From contig JBHHZP010000002.1 of the NCBI GenBank assembly GCA_046758085.1, positions 1 through 55,418 on the forward strand: DNA of 55,418 bases, read 5' to 3'. Source of the DNA: Acidiferrobacterales bacterium (GTDB lineage: Bacteria > Pseudomonadota > Gammaproteobacteria > Acidiferrobacterales > SPGG2). The position numbers were made by a program, and so were the translations under genes. The notes under the pieces were generated by a model. That model made no database searches. It was not told where the DNA came from and saw only the letters and a list, made by a program, of their open reading frames with translations. Below, one piece after another: positions 21,032 to 30,318 of this stretch. Numbering within the stretch: the first letter of the stretch is position 1; every line of letters begins with the position of its first letter.

Positions 21032-22189
21032 ATGGCAATTAGCCCGATAAACGAGATTATCGACGACCTGCGGCACGGCCGCATGGTTATCGTGATGGAT
21101 GACGAGGATCGCGAGAACGAAGGCGATTTACTCGTTGCCGCCGAGCACGTACGTGCTGAAGACATCAACTTTATGGCGCGCTACGGGCGCGGGCTGATTT
21201 GCTTGACGCTGACCGAAGAACGTTGTCAGCAGTTGGAGTTGCCGCTGATGGTCAGCGGGACGCGTCGCCGTGGGAACACGAGCTTCACGGTGTCCATCGA
21301 GGCCGCCCACGGCGTCACTACGGGAATCTCCGCGGCCGACCGCGCCACAACCGTCCATGCAGCAATCCGAAAAAATGCGAAACCTGCGGATGTGGTAGTG
21401 CCCGGGCACGTCTTTCCTTTGATGGCGCAGCGCGGCGGTGTGCTGGCGCGGGCGGGGCATACCGAAGCCGGTGTCGATCTTGCGCGTCTGGCGGGGCGGG
21501 CGCCGGCGTGCGTACTGTGCGAGATCATGAATGACGATGGCACGATGGCGCGCCTGCCGGAGCTGGAGGGGTTCGCAAATCGGCATGGCTTGAAGATCGG
21601 TACCATTGCCGATCTGATCCGCTATCGCACGGAGCATGAGTCGACCATCCGGCGCATGGTTGAGACTGACCTGCCGACTGAGTTTGGCCAGTTTCATGTG
21701 GTTGCGTATCACGACACGATCAGCGAACGGGTACATTTGGCCCTGATCAGGGGAGCGATCACGCATGGCGGCCCCACGCTCGTAAGAGTTCACGTACAGC
21801 AAAGCCCGCTCGATCTTTTTGCCGACATTCGCCGCACGGGACACTGGACATTGCGCGCGGCTCTCGAGCGCGTAGCGAATGAAGACAGTGGTGTTGTCGT
21901 GATTCTGTGTTACCCGGAGGCGCCGGAGCACTTGTTGGAACGGATTCGGCACTTTGGCGAGTCCGGTGAGATCCTGGAATTGCCGGTGAAGAAGCGCCAT
22001 CGCGAAGAGCTTCGTACCTACGGGCTGGGCAGCCAGATACTAATGGACCTCGGGGTGGGTAATATGCGGGTGCTGGGGCATCCGCTAAAGCTGCCGGGGA
22101 TGTCAGGCTTCAATCTGGAGGTCGTGGAGTACATCGAGCACGACGATCGGCGGACGCCAGACGAGGGACCAAAGAAAATAATCGGATGA
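21032..22189 (+). CDS. ribBA: 3,4-dihydroxy-2-butanone-4-phosphate synthase fused to a degenerate GTP-cyclohydrolase-II-like domain (RibBX type)
   Basis: [13 protein letters not shown] and [14 protein letters not shown] (DHBPS) are intact. The C-terminal domain lacks the Cys zinc ligands ([23 protein letters not shown]). Confidence 0.85.
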   Translation: MAISPINEIIDDLRHGRMVIVMDDEDRENEGDLLVAAEHVRAEDINFMARYGRGLICLTLTEERCQQLELPLMVSGTRRRGNTSFTVSIEAAHGVTTGISAADRATTVHAAIRKNAKPADVVVPGHVFPLMAQRGGVLARAGHTEAGVDLARLAGRAPACVLCEIMNDDGTMARLPELEGFANRHGLKIGTIADLIRYRTEHESTIRRMVETDLPTEFGQFHVVAYHDTISERVHLALIRGAITHGGPTLVRVHVQQSPLDLFADIRRTGHWTLRAALERVANEDSGVVVILCYPEAPEHLLERIRHFGESGEILELPVKKRHREELRTYGLGSQILMDLGVGNMRVLGHPLKLPGMSGFNLEVVEYIEHDDRRTPDEGPKKIIG

Positions 22190-22662
22190 GTGGCGCCAAA
22201 AGTATTCGCGGAGATCTTCTTGCCCGTAACGCGCGGTTCGGGATAGTTCTTAGCCGGTACAATGATTTCGTGGGTGAACGGCTGCTGCAGGGGGCGCTCG
22301 ATACGCTTGAGCGTCACGGTGCACAGAGCTCTAACATCGAGGTCGTGCGGATTCCGGGTGCTTTCGAGATGCCGCTCGTGGCCAAGACCATGGCTGCGAG
22401 CAAACGCTACGATGCGTTGATCGCCCTGGGTGTGGTCGTGCGCGGTGAGACGCCCCACTTCGAGTATGTGGCCAACGAGTGCGTTTCCGGCCTTGGGCGA
22501 GTGAGCGTGCAATTCGATATGCCCTTCGGTTTTGGCGTATTGACCGTCGATACCCTGGAGCAGGCGATCGAGCGGGCCGGCGCAAAGGCGGGCAACAAGG
22601 GTGTCGAGGCCGCACTCGCCGCGATAGAGATGGTTAATCTGATCAAGCAATTTCAGGGCTAG
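22186..22662 (+). CDS. ribH: 6,7-dimethyl-8-ribityllumazine synthase
   Basis: [43 protein letters not shown] overlap with ribBA. Confidence 0.95.
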   Translation: MSGAKSIRGDLLARNARFGIVLSRYNDFVGERLLQGALDTLERHGAQSSNIEVVRIPGAFEMPLVAKTMAASKRYDALIALGVVVRGETPHFEYVANECVSGLGRVSVQFDMPFGFGVLTVDTLEQAIERAGAKAGNKGVEAALAAIEMVNLIKQFQG

Positions 22663-22676
22663 CATAGGGTTGGGAT

Positions 22677-23129
22677 ATGACAGGGGGAAGCCGTCATCAA
22701 GCGCGCCAGGCTGCGGTTCAGGCCATATATCAGTGGCAACTGACTCAGCAGCCTCCCTCCGAGATCGAGGATCATTTCAGTCTGGATCACGAGTTGCACG
22801 ATGTGGACATGGATTTTTTTCATCACCTCGTGGCTGAAATCCCATCGCATCTGCATGAGCTGGATGATCACCTGATGCCGTATCTGGATCGCGAGCTCGA
22901 GGAGATCGACCCGGTCGAGCGCGCGATACTGCGTATTGGGGCCTACGAGCTCGAGTTTCACCCAGAGATCCCCTACAAGGTCATCCTCAACGAGGCGGTG
23001 GAGCTCGCGAAAACCTTTGGTGCGGAGCACGGCCATAAGTACGTGAACGCCGTGCTGGATCAGGTAGCACGCAAGCTGCGTGCCGCGGAGATCCAGGTCG
23101 GACACACATCCTCGCCGTCCACGGTTTGA
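22677..23129 (+). CDS. nusB: transcription antitermination factor NusB
   Basis: RHQARQAAVQAIYQW, ILRIGAYEL, INEAVELAKTFG, YVNAVLD. Confidence 0.9.
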   Translation: MTGGSRHQARQAAVQAIYQWQLTQQPPSEIEDHFSLDHELHDVDMDFFHHLVAEIPSHLHELDDHLMPYLDRELEEIDPVERAILRIGAYELEFHPEIPYKVILNEAVELAKTFGAEHGHKYVNAVLDQVARKLRAAEIQVGHTSSPSTV

Positions 23130-24094
23130 ACGAGTTTGAGCTGATCCAGCAGTACTTCTCGTCCCAAGGGCTCGCCCGTGATGACGTTGTCGTGTCCATT
23201 GGCGACGACGCGGCGGTCGTAACGCCGCCGGCCGGGATGCAACAGGTCGTAACCACCGACATGTTGATCGCGGGGACCCATTTTCTGGCCGATGCCGATC
23301 CCCAATCAATCGGCTACAAGTCGCTGGCGGTCAATCTCAGTGATCTCGCCGCCATGGGTGCGAGCCCGACGTGGTTCACATTGAACTTGAGCCTGCCGGG
23401 CGTCGATCAGCTCTGGCTCGAGCGGTTACGAGACGGTCTGTTCCGTCTGGCCGATACCTACGGCGTTCAGCTCATCGGCGGTGACACCGCGCGCGGACCG
23501 CTCGTGGTCGGCGTGCAGGCCTTCGGTGTGCTTCCCGCGGGCACTGCCTTGATGCGCGCCGGCGCGCGGCCGCGTGATCGAATCTACGTCACGGGTGCCC
23601 TCGGTGACGCCGGTTTGGCGCTGGCGCACCAGCGCGGTGAGCTGGCGTTGTCCGCGCCCGACCACGAGATCGTAATGCAGCGACTCAACTTTCCGGCACC
23701 GCGTGTATCCGAGGGCGTCGGCATGCGCGATGTTGCATCGAGCTGTATCGATATCTCCGATGGGTTGCTGGCCGATCTTGGACATATCCTGCAGGCAAGC
23801 GCTGTCGGTGCCCGTGTTGTGCTTGAACGCATCCCGGTCTCTTCGGTCTATCGGGAGCACTTCGAGCACGTGCACGGCTGGGACGCGGCGCTCAAGAGTG
23901 GCGATGACTACGAGCTGTGCTTTACGGTGCCGGCGGAGCAGGCCGCCACGCTGGAGCGGTTAGGTGCCACGTGGGCGTGTGGTGTGAGTTATATCGGCGA
24001 CATCGAGGCCGCACCCGGGTTGCGCCTCGTGGATGCCACCGGTCGCACGCACGCGTCCACCAAGGAGGGGTTCGATCACTTTGCCGACGACTGA
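23126..24094 (+). CDS. thiL: thiamine-monophosphate kinase
   Basis: NEFELIQQYF, GDDAAVV, SLAVNLSDLAAMGA, GGDT, DISDGL. The TTG start overlaps the nusB stop. Confidence 0.9.
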   Translation: MNEFELIQQYFSSQGLARDDVVVSIGDDAAVVTPPAGMQQVVTTDMLIAGTHFLADADPQSIGYKSLAVNLSDLAAMGASPTWFTLNLSLPGVDQLWLERLRDGLFRLADTYGVQLIGGDTARGPLVVGVQAFGVLPAGTALMRAGARPRDRIYVTGALGDAGLALAHQRGELALSAPDHEIVMQRLNFPAPRVSEGVGMRDVASSCIDISDGLLADLGHILQASAVGARVVLERIPVSSVYREHFEHVHGWDAALKSGDDYELCFTVPAEQAATLERLGATWACGVSYIGDIEAAPGLRLVDATGRTHASTKEGFDHFADD

Positions 24095-24605
24095 TCAAGG
24101 CCCCACCGGCGAGCGTAGACGAGGACGCTTGCCGCGCACGGTCTGGCGTCACCCGGCCAGTGTCCTTGCCCTGGGACTGGGCGTGGGTGCCGTGCGCTAT
24201 GCGCCCGGTACTGCCGGAACACTGGTGGCGATCCCGCTATACGTATTGATTGCGCCGCTACCGCCAGCATGGTACGCCGCCACCGTGATCCTGTTGTTCG
24301 CCGTGGGCATTTGGCTGTGCGATCAGGCCCAACGGCTGCTGGGTGCTCACGATCATCCTGCGATTGTATGGGACGAGATTGTGGGCTACCTGTTGACCAT
24401 GTTCCTGGCGCCGCCGGGGTGGCTATGGGTGGTCGTAGGGTTTGTGCTGTTCCGTCTTTTTGATGTCTGGAAACCGTTTCCGATCAAGACCGTGGATCGC
24501 ACTATCCGTGGCGGCCTCGGTACGATGCTTGATGATGTTCTAGCTGGTATCTATGCGTGGACAGGGATTCAAGTTCTCGCTTTCTTGGCGAGGGTGTTTT
24601 TCTGA
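24081..24605 (+). CDS. pgpA: phosphatidylglycerophosphatase A
   Basis: LALGLGVGAVRYAPGTAGTL, DHPAIVWDEIVG, FDVWKPFPI. Start uncertain: TTG 24081 gives about 174 aa, and the ORF opens at ATG 24033 inside thiL. Confidence 0.85.
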   Translation: MPTTDQGPTGERRRGRLPRTVWRHPASVLALGLGVGAVRYAPGTAGTLVAIPLYVLIAPLPPAWYAATVILLFAVGIWLCDQAQRLLGAHDHPAIVWDEIVGYLLTMFLAPPGWLWVVVGFVLFRLFDVWKPFPIKTVDRTIRGGLGTMLDDVLAGIYAWTGIQVLAFLARVFF

Positions 24606-24689
24606 CTCAGGGTGATGAGTACTCGGTATAGTAGGTTGTCTTCGAATTATTGACCTCGCTATTAGCTACCAGCCACTCGCTACTGCATT
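24603..24689. repeat. heptanucleotide arrays (pgpA 3' flank)
   Basis: Right arm: CTCGCTA TTAGCTA CCAGCCA CTCGCTA CTGCATT. The left arm (TGATGAG TACTCGG TATAGTA) is only weakly complementary. Confidence 0.6.
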
Positions 24690-24915
24690 ATAGACAAAAA
24701 ATTTTGGCGTGATACCCAAGCGCCTCTAGCCTTGCCACCAGCGTGACGGCTTCGATCTTCGTCGGATTGTAGTAAATCAGCATCTGGTGTTCTTTCTCGG
24801 GATAAAGCCACGGTGCGATGACACCGGGCAGCTGGCGCAGCTTCTCATCCAGGATTTTTCTCGCCCCTGCGTCCAGCCCTTCTTTGACATGCATGAAGGT
24901 TTCCGCGATGTACAT
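24688..24915 (-). CDS. small hypothetical protein with HMA/ferredoxin-like sequence pattern lacking Cys ligands
   Basis: 75-aa ORF FMHVKEGLDAGARKILDEKLRQLPGVIAPWLYPEKEHQMLIYYNPTKIEAVTLVARLEALGYHAK. The pattern resembles beta-alpha-beta-beta-alpha-beta metallochaperones, but GMxCxxC is replaced by EGLDAGA. Confidence 0.45.
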   Translation of the reverse strand: MYIAETFMHVKEGLDAGARKILDEKLRQLPGVIAPWLYPEKEHQMLIYYNPTKIEAVTLVARLEALGYHAKIFCL

Positions 24916-25097
24916 GTTCCCGGCTTCGGGCGACTGACGAGTGCGATGATCGATGTAGACGGTTTCGAATCAGCCGGTCGCCAATCGACCCGATTGGATT
25001 CCGGCCACGCGCGAGCGGCCATTTCCTAGTATAACTTCCGGACAATCGTGTCGCCTACCGGCGAGTATTCTAATCGGGTTCTCGCACCCGAAGGCGA

Positions 25098-25127
25098 GGT
25101 ACTTTCTTGTCGCGACAAGAAAGTACC
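25098..25127. repeat. perfect 30-bp palindrome
   Basis: GGTACTTTCTTGTCG|CGACAAGAAAGTACC. Confidence 0.9.
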
Positions 25128-25321
25128 CAAAGAAACGCTCCCCCGGGTCTGCGGCCGCACACCCCGCGGCTGCCCTCGCCCCAGAGCTTGACTCAGGGGG
25201 TCCGCCGAAGGGCCATCCCTGTCCCTGCGGCGGACGCACGAGATCCCTCTCGTGCCCCTGCGGGCCTGCTCTTCGTCTGCACTCGGGGCTCGGCTTGACC
25301 AAGGGGGCGAAAAACCTACCC

Positions 25322-25363
25322 CCTCACGATTCACGGATCACGGCTGACGAATCACGGTCCACG
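25322..25363. repeat. six-unit heptanucleotide array NNTCACG
   Basis: CCTCACG ATTCACG GATCACG GCTGACG AATCACG GTCCACG at a strict 7-nt period. Confidence 0.85.
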
Positions 25364-25380
25364 GGCCTGCGTCTTTGCGT

Positions 25381-25449
25381 TGGACGTTTTACAATAATTT
25401 CTCTGCAATCTTTGCGCTCTCCGGTGTGAGTTCGTGCCATATCAGCGCT
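25381..25449 (-). repeat. dispersed repeat, partial copy C (first ~70 nt only)
   Basis: The reverse complement AGCGCTGATATGGCACGAACTCACACCGGAGAGCGCAAAGATTGCAGAGAAATTATTGTAAAACG matches the 5' module of copies A and B. It begins at the stop codon of the CheR-like gene. Confidence 0.65.
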
Positions 25450-26314
25450 AGTGTGACTCCCGTCGGTATATACCAAGCTTGGGGAACCATGGTGCGAGCG
25501 CGCAGCCGCCCGCTGGCAGCGACTCGTGCTTGCCGATTGCCAGGGCTCCTCCCGGTCGCAACCGCACCAGCAGCTTTTCCAGAATGGCGCTTTGCAGCTC
25601 GGCATCGAAATAGGTGAATACCAGGTTACGGCACAAGACCACATCGAAGTGCCCGTCCGGCAGCGCCGCGCGTATGTCTTGCTGCAGGAACCGCACGCGC
25701 TCGCGGTATTGCGAGCGCAGACAGTACCCGTCGTCAGTGCGATCGAACGCAGCCCTGAGCCAAGCGCGCGGCAGCGCCTTGACGCTGCTCCAGTCGTAGC
25801 AAGCCGCCTGTGCCCGCAACACCATGCCGGGGTCCGCATCCGAGGCGATGATGTTGAATGGCAGCTGGCCCGGCACGGTCTCCGCCCGGAGTATCAGACC
25901 GATCGCCAGCGTGTAGGGTTCCTCGCCCGAGGCGCACCCGATACTCCAGGCGTCCAGACGGTTTGCGCCCCGCCCGCGTACCTGCTCGGCGAGGCACGGC
26001 GCGACGACATCGCAGAGGTGATCGAATACGATCCTGTCCCGATAGAAACGTGAGATGGTTACCCGGCAGAGACTATCCAGCGTGGACCATTCCTCCGGTG
26101 TGGTTTCGAGGTACTCGCGGTAATGCGCCAGCCCCGCCAGGCCCAGCGTGTGTACGCGACGGGTGATGCGCTTGCAGACCTGGCGGCGGACTTTGCGATA
26201 CCCCGGCCAACGCATACGCAGCCGTGGTAGCGCCCACCGCAGGAATCGAACGCACTCTGGATCTTTCACCACCTCTGACCTGGAGTAGCATCGACGTACC
26301 GGACGCATCGGCAC
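25448..26314 (-). CDS. CheR-family SAM-dependent methyltransferase (orphan)
   Basis: TISRFYRD, AWSIGCASGEEPYTLAI, DVVLCRNLVFTYFD. No other che genes nearby. Confidence 0.8.
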   Translation of the reverse strand: MPMRPVRRCYSRSEVVKDPECVRFLRWALPRLRMRWPGYRKVRRQVCKRITRRVHTLGLAGLAHYREYLETTPEEWSTLDSLCRVTISRFYRDRIVFDHLCDVVAPCLAEQVRGRGANRLDAWSIGCASGEEPYTLAIGLILRAETVPGQLPFNIIASDADPGMVLRAQAACYDWSSVKALPRAWLRAAFDRTDDGYCLRSQYRERVRFLQQDIRAALPDGHFDVVLCRNLVFTYFDAELQSAILEKLLVRLRPGGALAIGKHESLPAGGCALAPWFPKLGIYRRESH

Positions 26315-26469
26315 GCGGCGTGGTCACGCTGCGCAGGCTAGCATGGATAGCAAAAAATCGCCTGCGCACGCGCATCGCGGCAAGGCTGGGAGAAAGGATA
26401 TTCGGTACCGAAGTCTGTGTGTCTGGCAAGCACGAGGAGCGCAGCGTCCATCGTGCTTGCCGATGTAGC

Positions 26470-27252
26470 CTAATACGTGGTGACGATGAGGCCGAGCTTT
26501 TTCAGGGCACTCTGCGCGCGTTCGAAACCCTGGCTGGCAGACAGGTACCACCACTTCAGGGCCTGGTTCAGATCCTGCGCGACGCCGTCGCCCCTCACAT
26601 ACATCAGGCCTAACGCATACTGGGCGGCGGCATCGCCGCGCAACGCCGCCTTCAACCACCACTTGGACGCCTCCAGCATGTCCTTGCTTACGCCTTCGCC
26701 CTGCGCATACATAAGTCCGAGATTGAACTGCGCATCGGTGCTGCCTTGAACGGCGGCCCTATGCCACCAGCTGACGGCTTTGGCCGCGTCGATGGCGACA
26801 CCTGTTCCCATCGAGTAGGCAACACCGAGATTGTACTGTGCGTCCCGATGTCCATTGACCGCTGCCCTTTCGTACCACCGTACTGATTCCTGCATGTCGT
26901 GGGTGACGCCGAGCCCCGTGCCGTAGGCGATGCCAAGCAGGTATTGCGCTTCCGAGTGGCCTTGCTCGGCAAGTAAGGTCAAACGCATGCCGGCCAGCTC
27001 GAAGTCGCCTTGTTCCATTGCCGCCTGCACCTGGTTGTAGCGATGCGCGATCAGACCGGCATTCGCTACGGAGGATGCGGGAGGCAAGCCGACGTGATCA
27101 AGCTTGGTGACTGCCGCGTTGGCGGTGAAAGGAGCAAGCAGATAGGCCGAGGCGATGATGAGGCTGACCAGTAGCGTGATCTTCACCAGCAGCCGGGCTG
27201 TGGTCTCGCATTCCTGTGCCGTGGATATCGTCCTTGTATAATCATTACCCAT
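26470..27252 (-). CDS. Sel1-repeat (SLR) protein with N-terminal membrane anchor/signal
   Basis: At least five tandem Sel1 units (AQYLLGIAYGTGLGVTHDMQESVRWYERAA, AQYNLGVAYSMGTGV..., AQFNLGLMYAQGEGV..., AQYALGLMYVRGDGV...). Start at the internal ATG (MGNDY...). Confidence 0.85.
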   Translation of the reverse strand: MGNDYTRTISTAQECETTARLLVKITLLVSLIIASAYLLAPFTANAAVTKLDHVGLPPASSVANAGLIAHRYNQVQAAMEQGDFELAGMRLTLLAEQGHSEAQYLLGIAYGTGLGVTHDMQESVRWYERAAVNGHRDAQYNLGVAYSMGTGVAIDAAKAVSWWHRAAVQGSTDAQFNLGLMYAQGEGVSKDMLEASKWWLKAALRGDAAAQYALGLMYVRGDGVAQDLNQALKWWYLSASQGFERAQSALKKLGLIVTTY

Positions 27253-27622
27253 GATGTCCTCGCTTGGCGCCGAGCGCCGGGATGGCCCATGCGTCAAAGT
27301 CCCTTGTGCACGTTGCGGCCAGTTGACCAAAAGAGTAGTCAAGATCTGTGCCAATGTGCTGCTCAGGCGGAAAAATCAGGAAAAACCAGGCAATTTCTGC
27401 TTGTTCAAACGCCATACAGAGTCTGCGAGAGTCAATTGGCGCCCAGTCCTGGCGCGCTGAACGGCACGAAATCGTCGCTGGACGGCGCGCGCGGAGCTGC
27501 GGGTCCGGGATACCGCTGGCGGCTGGGAAAGAGGCCGTTCGCGCCGCTGACGCACTACCTGGACGCGCGTACAATCAGGCCCGTCCCCGGATGACGGGGG
27601 GCTCTTGCCGCGCGCACACAAG

Positions 27623-28243
27623 ATGACAACGAAGCCCGAGCTCCTGGTAACGGTATTTTCCGATTACATTTGCCCGTTCTGTTATATCGGTTCTGTGCGG
27701 CTCGATGCCTTGCGCGAGCAGTTCGCCTTGAAAGTCAACTGGGTGGCGCTTGAGATCCATCCGGACAATCCCTCACAAGGGCGACCCGTAGAAGAGCTGG
27801 GTTATGCGCCGGAGCAGTGGCAGCAGATGATGGATGCGCTTTACCGGATGGCGCGGGAGGAGGGCGTGCATATCGCCGAGCGCAGATTTACGACAAACTC
27901 GCACAAGGCATTGCTGTTGGCCGAGGCTGCTAAAGAGGAGGGCAAGGATATCTTTTATCGCCTGCATAACCGCTTGTTCGAGGCCTACTTCGGTGAGCGC
28001 CAGAATATCGGTGATGCCGATGTTCTGCGCGCCCTGGCGCGCGAGAGCGGCGTGCCCGATGGCACGGTAGCACGCGCGTGGAGGAAGGAACGTTACGAGC
28101 GGCGGCTAAAGACCAATCTTGTGGCTGCGGCGAAACTGCACGTGACAGCTACGCCCACGTACGTGATCGGCAAGCGCCTTCTGGTCGGCGCGGTGCCGGC
28201 AACGGTCTTACGCGACGCTGCAAGGCACGCTCAGAAGGGCTAG
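27623..28243 (+). CDS. DsbA-family thiol oxidoreductase (FrnE-like)
   Basis: VTVFSDYICPFCYIG CxxC motif, C-terminal VTATPTYVIG. Confidence 0.8.
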   Translation: MTTKPELLVTVFSDYICPFCYIGSVRLDALREQFALKVNWVALEIHPDNPSQGRPVEELGYAPEQWQQMMDALYRMAREEGVHIAERRFTTNSHKALLLAEAAKEEGKDIFYRLHNRLFEAYFGERQNIGDADVLRALARESGVPDGTVARAWRKERYERRLKTNLVAAAKLHVTATPTYVIGKRLLVGAVPATVLRDAARHAQKG

Positions 28244-28262
28244 CGGCTGGCTGAAAACCGTG

Positions 28263-29297
28263 TCAGCGGCCCACGCCTTCGATTCGTATCTCGCCCGGCG
28301 CGCCCACTTCCCCTGTGATCTCGATGTCCACCGGCAGGAACTCGCGGACGACCTCGGCGTTCGTGAGTAGGTGACGCGTTATTCTCGCTGTGCGCAATCG
28401 CGACGTGCCAGGCACCACCGACAACGGCATAACGAGCTGGTCCGCAAGGTGTTCATCGATAGCGCCTGGTGTGCCGAGAAAGGCCTCGAAGGCGTCGACT
28501 GCCTCATCGGCAACTCGCTCAGCGGGTTTACCCCGTGCGCCCAGCGCAGCGAAACAATACTGCGATTGCTCAAACTCGGCGATCAGCACCAGCGCGGTCC
28601 CCGGGGAGTAGGAGGACAGCCGTAGTACGGCTACGTCGATATCGGAGCAGTGCTTGGCCAATCTTTTCTGGGCCTGCCGCTGTTGTCGTAGCGCGATCGA
28701 ACGATCGAGGCTCGCAGCGAGCGACATCCCGCGAACACGTTTCAACGTTCCGCGTTGACCCAATACGAGAGGGGTGGGCTTGTCGATCGGCTCGATGTGC
28801 GCCGTCAGGCAGCCTCCGCCACGCGGGTAAAAGCCGGGGCGCACCAGCTTGCTGGCAATTTGGTATGCGCTGCGGCCGAGATAGTGCAGCCAATGCCACG
28901 CGAGGTAATGATAGCTCGGGCTCCAGGGTACGTGGGTACCGCCGATAATCGTGACACAGGATTGAATTTTGCCGAAGCTCAATGGCACCGCAATCGTTTG
29001 CAGCACCAGCGTAGCGGCGCCGGCGGAGCCGACATTGAAATGATAATTGCCACCCGCAACCGCTCCCGGTTCAAAATAAAGCGATGTCGATCCGAGTACG
29101 GCCCCTTGCACCCTGCCGTGGCTTATGGAAGCGCTTGCCTCCACCGCCTTTAAGTGTTGCGGCATAAGCCCCGGTTTCGGCCGGCGCCCACGAATATCGC
29201 GCACATGCACGGCCTTACCCGTGAGCACGGACATCGATAGCGAGGTTCGCAAGACTTGTCCGCCGCCCTCGCCTTGCGCACCGTCAATTTCAATCAT
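28263..29297 (-). CDS. rtcA: RNA 3'-terminal phosphate cyclase
   Basis: IEIDGAQGEGGGQVLRTSLSMSVLTGKAVHVRDIRGRRPKPGLMPQHL, GSAGAATLVLQT. Start at the internal ATG. Confidence 0.9.
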   Translation of the reverse strand: MIEIDGAQGEGGGQVLRTSLSMSVLTGKAVHVRDIRGRRPKPGLMPQHLKAVEASASISHGRVQGAVLGSTSLYFEPGAVAGGNYHFNVGSAGAATLVLQTIAVPLSFGKIQSCVTIIGGTHVPWSPSYHYLAWHWLHYLGRSAYQIASKLVRPGFYPRGGGCLTAHIEPIDKPTPLVLGQRGTLKRVRGMSLAASLDRSIALRQQRQAQKRLAKHCSDIDVAVLRLSSYSPGTALVLIAEFEQSQYCFAALGARGKPAERVADEAVDAFEAFLGTPGAIDEHLADQLVMPLSVVPGTSRLRTARITRHLLTNAEVVREFLPVDIEITGEVGAPGEIRIEGVGR

Positions 29298-29508
29298 GAT
29301 TGGGGCAGCCGGGGCCACCCGAAGCGACGCGATCACAATACCACGTGCTCGCGTACGACCGCCCGCTCTCCCCGGAGTTCGTCCGGTTTTGGGTTACCAT
29401 AGACTCGCACCATCCCGTTTCGGAGCGCACACCTATGCTAAAGCGTTCCGTCAGGCCGGCAAAGGCAGCGGACGCCCAGCGCCCGGCCGTTCGGGATAAA
29501 TCCCATGT

Positions 29509-30318
29509 ATGACGTTGGGAGCCGCATCGAGAATGGTCGCTACACGAACACAATTAGCGAGCAGCACCACCGTTTCGCGTCTCCCTTCACGACGAGATGG
29601 ATGGTGGCTGGCGGGAGTAGACGGCTGCCGGGACGGCTGGTTTGTCGTGCTCTTGCGGGTCACGCCGGCGACGCAGATGGTGCGGGCCCTGCGCTTCGAG
29701 CTGTGTGCGCAGTTTTGCGAGGTCCTGGCTCTGCGGCCCGAGCCGCTGCGAGCGGCGATCGATATCCCCATCGGTCTGCTGGACCATCCGGCGAAAGGGG
29801 GCCGGGCGTGCGATCGGGCGGCGCGCCGTATTTTGGGACGGGGCCGGCAAAGCAGTGTGTTCAGCCCCCCCGCAAGGCGCGCGCTGCGGGCAAACTCGTA
29901 TCATGAGGCGACGCGTCTGAACCAGCGCGGGATAAGCCGGCAGGCATTCGGTATCCTGGCGAAGATTCGCGAAGTTGACTGCGCGCTTTGCCCGCGGCTA
30001 CAGCGAAAATACCTTGAAGCGCACCCGGAGCTTGCGTTTGTGGTGATTGCCGGCGCACCCATGCAGCACAACAAGAAGACGCCCGCCGGGCGGCTCGAAA
30101 GACAACGCGCGCTGCAACACTATTACGGTTGTCACTACATCGGCCCCGATGCATTGCGTGTGCGCTTTGGTCGCGCACGTGTGGCTACCGACGACATACT
30201 GGACGCCTATGCCTTGGCTCATAGCGCCGTGCGCATCGCGGCCGGCCACGCCGTGCGTTTGCCGGGTGGTGATCCGCCGTGCGACGCCACAGGCTTGCGC
30301 ATGGAGATCTGGTATTGA
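29509..30318 (+). CDS. DUF429-family protein (predicted RNase H-fold nuclease)
   Basis: AGVDGCRDGWFVVLL, AIDIPIGLLD, GGRACDRAARRILG..SSVFSPP, DDILDAYALA. Family recalled from memory. Start uncertain. Confidence 0.65.
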   Translation: MTLGAASRMVATRTQLASSTTVSRLPSRRDGWWLAGVDGCRDGWFVVLLRVTPATQMVRALRFELCAQFCEVLALRPEPLRAAIDIPIGLLDHPAKGGRACDRAARRILGRGRQSSVFSPPARRALRANSYHEATRLNQRGISRQAFGILAKIREVDCALCPRLQRKYLEAHPELAFVVIAGAPMQHNKKTPAGRLERQRALQHYYGCHYIGPDALRVRFGRARVATDDILDAYALAHSAVRIAAGHAVRLPGGDPPCDATGLRMEIWY

